Shown here one piece after another: positions 23,297 to 24,242 of a DNA stretch of 24,242 nt. Source of the DNA: a virus. Taxonomy: Duplodnaviria > Caudoviricetes. The notes below the pieces were generated by a model. The model searched no databases and was not told the origin of the DNA. It saw only the letters and a program-made list of their open reading frames with translations. Location of the stretch: positions 1 to 24,242 of the IMG/VR virus record IMGVR_UViG_3300037182_000015. One strand, written 5' to 3'. A program made the position numbers and the translations under genes. Positions within the stretch are counted from its first letter, which is position 1. Each line of letters starts with the position of its first letter.

Positions 23297-23314
23297 GTAT
23301 ATATATGTTTACTT
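23297..23314 (-). promoter_or_regulatory. putative TATA-box promoter at the IS left end
   Basis: Minus strand reads AAGTAAAC-ATATATATAC immediately upstream of the tnpA remnant. Confidence 0.45.
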
Positions 23315-23365
23315 TTAAACAACGTATTTAATTACAAACAGTAAGAAGCATTAGACATGAATTGT

Positions 23366-23968
23366 TCACTGGATTAATAGCTCCCCTATCCATTCAGTAT
23401 AAGTTGGCGGTATCGCCTGGGTTAGTTCGTATTTAGTCATCCAATCAATACACATAGCTTCACACCAGTCTTTATATTTAAACGTCTTACTGTTACCACC
23501 ATGACCTGCTACGGTAATATAATCCCCCCTGCCGACCGTTCCGTTATGGTTGCACGGTCCTGGGGGATATATCCATATATTCGATTCAAACAACCGATGT
23601 CGAATTACTTTTAAATTAAACATTGTACCGCATAGTTTCATCGGTTTTATTAATGGTGCGCCTTGTACATTCTCGATAATATAATCTTTGTTATCTACTA
23701 ATTCGCGCGTAGCGGATATTAAATCAGGAAACTTGTTTAACCTGCCTTGACGCGTACCCCACGTATATGCTTGGCACGGTGGTGAGGCGTGGATAATATC
23801 AAACTCATCGATAAACGATTCTTCTAATTTGAATACATCTGACTGTACAAACTCATAAGGATAATTCGGCTGCGGTTTTATATCGACACCCACCACGTCA
23901 AACCCTGCGCGATTGTAACCTACTGAGCAACCGCCTGCCCCGCAGTATAAATCTAAGAGTTTAGTCAT
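23366..23968 (-). CDS. C5 DNA cytosine methyltransferase (compact phage type)
   Basis: Motif I 'LDLYCGAGG', catalytic 'ASPPCQ' and motif VI 'IIENV'. AGGAGG RBS. Confidence 0.92.
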   Translation of the reverse strand: MTKLLDLYCGAGGCSVGYNRAGFDVVGVDIKPQPNYPYEFVQSDVFKLEESFIDEFDIIHASPPCQAYTWGTRQGRLNKFPDLISATRELVDNKDYIIENVQGAPLIKPMKLCGTMFNLKVIRHRLFESNIWIYPPGPCNHNGTVGRGDYITVAGHGGNSKTFKYKDWCEAMCIDWMTKYELTQAIPPTYTEWIGELLIQ

Positions 23969-24031
23969 TTTTCAGCCTCCTTTTTCGTTACTTTTGTTAC
24001 TTTATCATTACCTATCTATTACCACTCAGGA

Positions 24032-24076
24032 TTAGCCGCGTCTGCGACCTCCACCACGCCTTAATACGTTAGTCAT
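24032..24076 (-). CDS. possible 14-aa Arg/Gly-rich micro-ORF
   Basis: MTNVLRRGGGRRRG*, with a GAGGAGTGA RBS 6 nt upstream of the ATG. Confidence 0.3.
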   Translation of the reverse strand: MTNVLRRGGGRRRG

Positions 24077-24082
24077 TTGTTT

Positions 24083-24208
24083 TCACTCCTCAACATAAAT
24101 TTTATAATCCTTTATGAGGCGCTGGATAATATCATCATACGATTCTCCCTTCTTACCGATGCTAGTTAATTCTGCATGAGTTTCGTCTTTAACGGTTATC
24201 GTCTTCAC
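24083..24208 (-). CDS. 41-aa ribbon-helix-helix-like DNA-binding protein (not in the ORF track)
   Basis: GTG start after a GAGGTGA RBS. MKTITVKDETHAELTSIGKKGESYDDIIQRLIKDYKIYVEE fits the archaeal RHH/VapB-like pattern. Confidence 0.8.
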   Translation of the reverse strand: MKTITVKDETHAELTSIGKKGESYDDIIQRLIKDYKIYVEE

Positions 24209-24242
24209 TGCTAGTTCACCTCAAGAGGTCCAGAACCTTCCT

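Larger units (their letters stand above)
21972..23314 (-). mobile_element. non-autonomous IS200/IS605-family element (truncated tnpA plus tnpB)
   Basis: Right end GAAGCTGCTTGCGTGAGCTAGCAGAGTAGTCAC has a subterminal hairpin and terminal TCAC (21975-21972). The left boundary is approximate; a candidate TTTAA target motif lies at 23319-23315. Confidence 0.85.

Noticed and set aside
1-24242. tRNA, rRNA, CRISPR array, integrase or att site
   Set aside because: None was recognised by eye, so whether this is a provirus or a free virus cannot be decided from this window.

Overview
The window is the neck-tail-lysis end of a long-tailed (siphovirus-like, Caudoviricetes) virus or provirus. It has one rightward late operon (1-~21350) that converges with a leftward accessory block (~21530-24242). 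The rightward part holds, in order: putative head or collar decoration genes, head-tail connector, head closure, HK97 gp10-like protein, tail terminator(s), tail tube, tail assembly chaperones with an A_AAA_AAG -1 frameshift, a 1232-aa tape measure protein, a greatly expanded distal-tail (Dit) protein, a ReqiPepy6 gp37-like hub, several accessory tip proteins, a beta-helix tail spike, membrane proteins and a degenerate HNH protein. The leftward part holds an RHH-like gene, a solo HicB, a non-autonomous IS200/IS605 element (5'-deleted tnpA, intact tnpB), a C5 DNA methyltransferase and a second RHH-like gene. GGAGGTGA/GAGGT ribosome-binding sites, TATA-like promoters, archaeal-type RHH proteins and the tnpA sequence suggest an archaeal host (inference). 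The most unusual signal is a thiol-redox theme in the tail tip: a complete thioredoxin domain (CPPC) and a DnaJ-type CxxCxGxG finger are inserted inside Dit, and a stand-alone glutaredoxin-like CEHC gene lies among Cys-rich tail genes. There are also two paralogous TIM-barrel-like domains and a two-blade lectin-like protein. All family assignments come from motif recognition and gene order only; no database searches were run.
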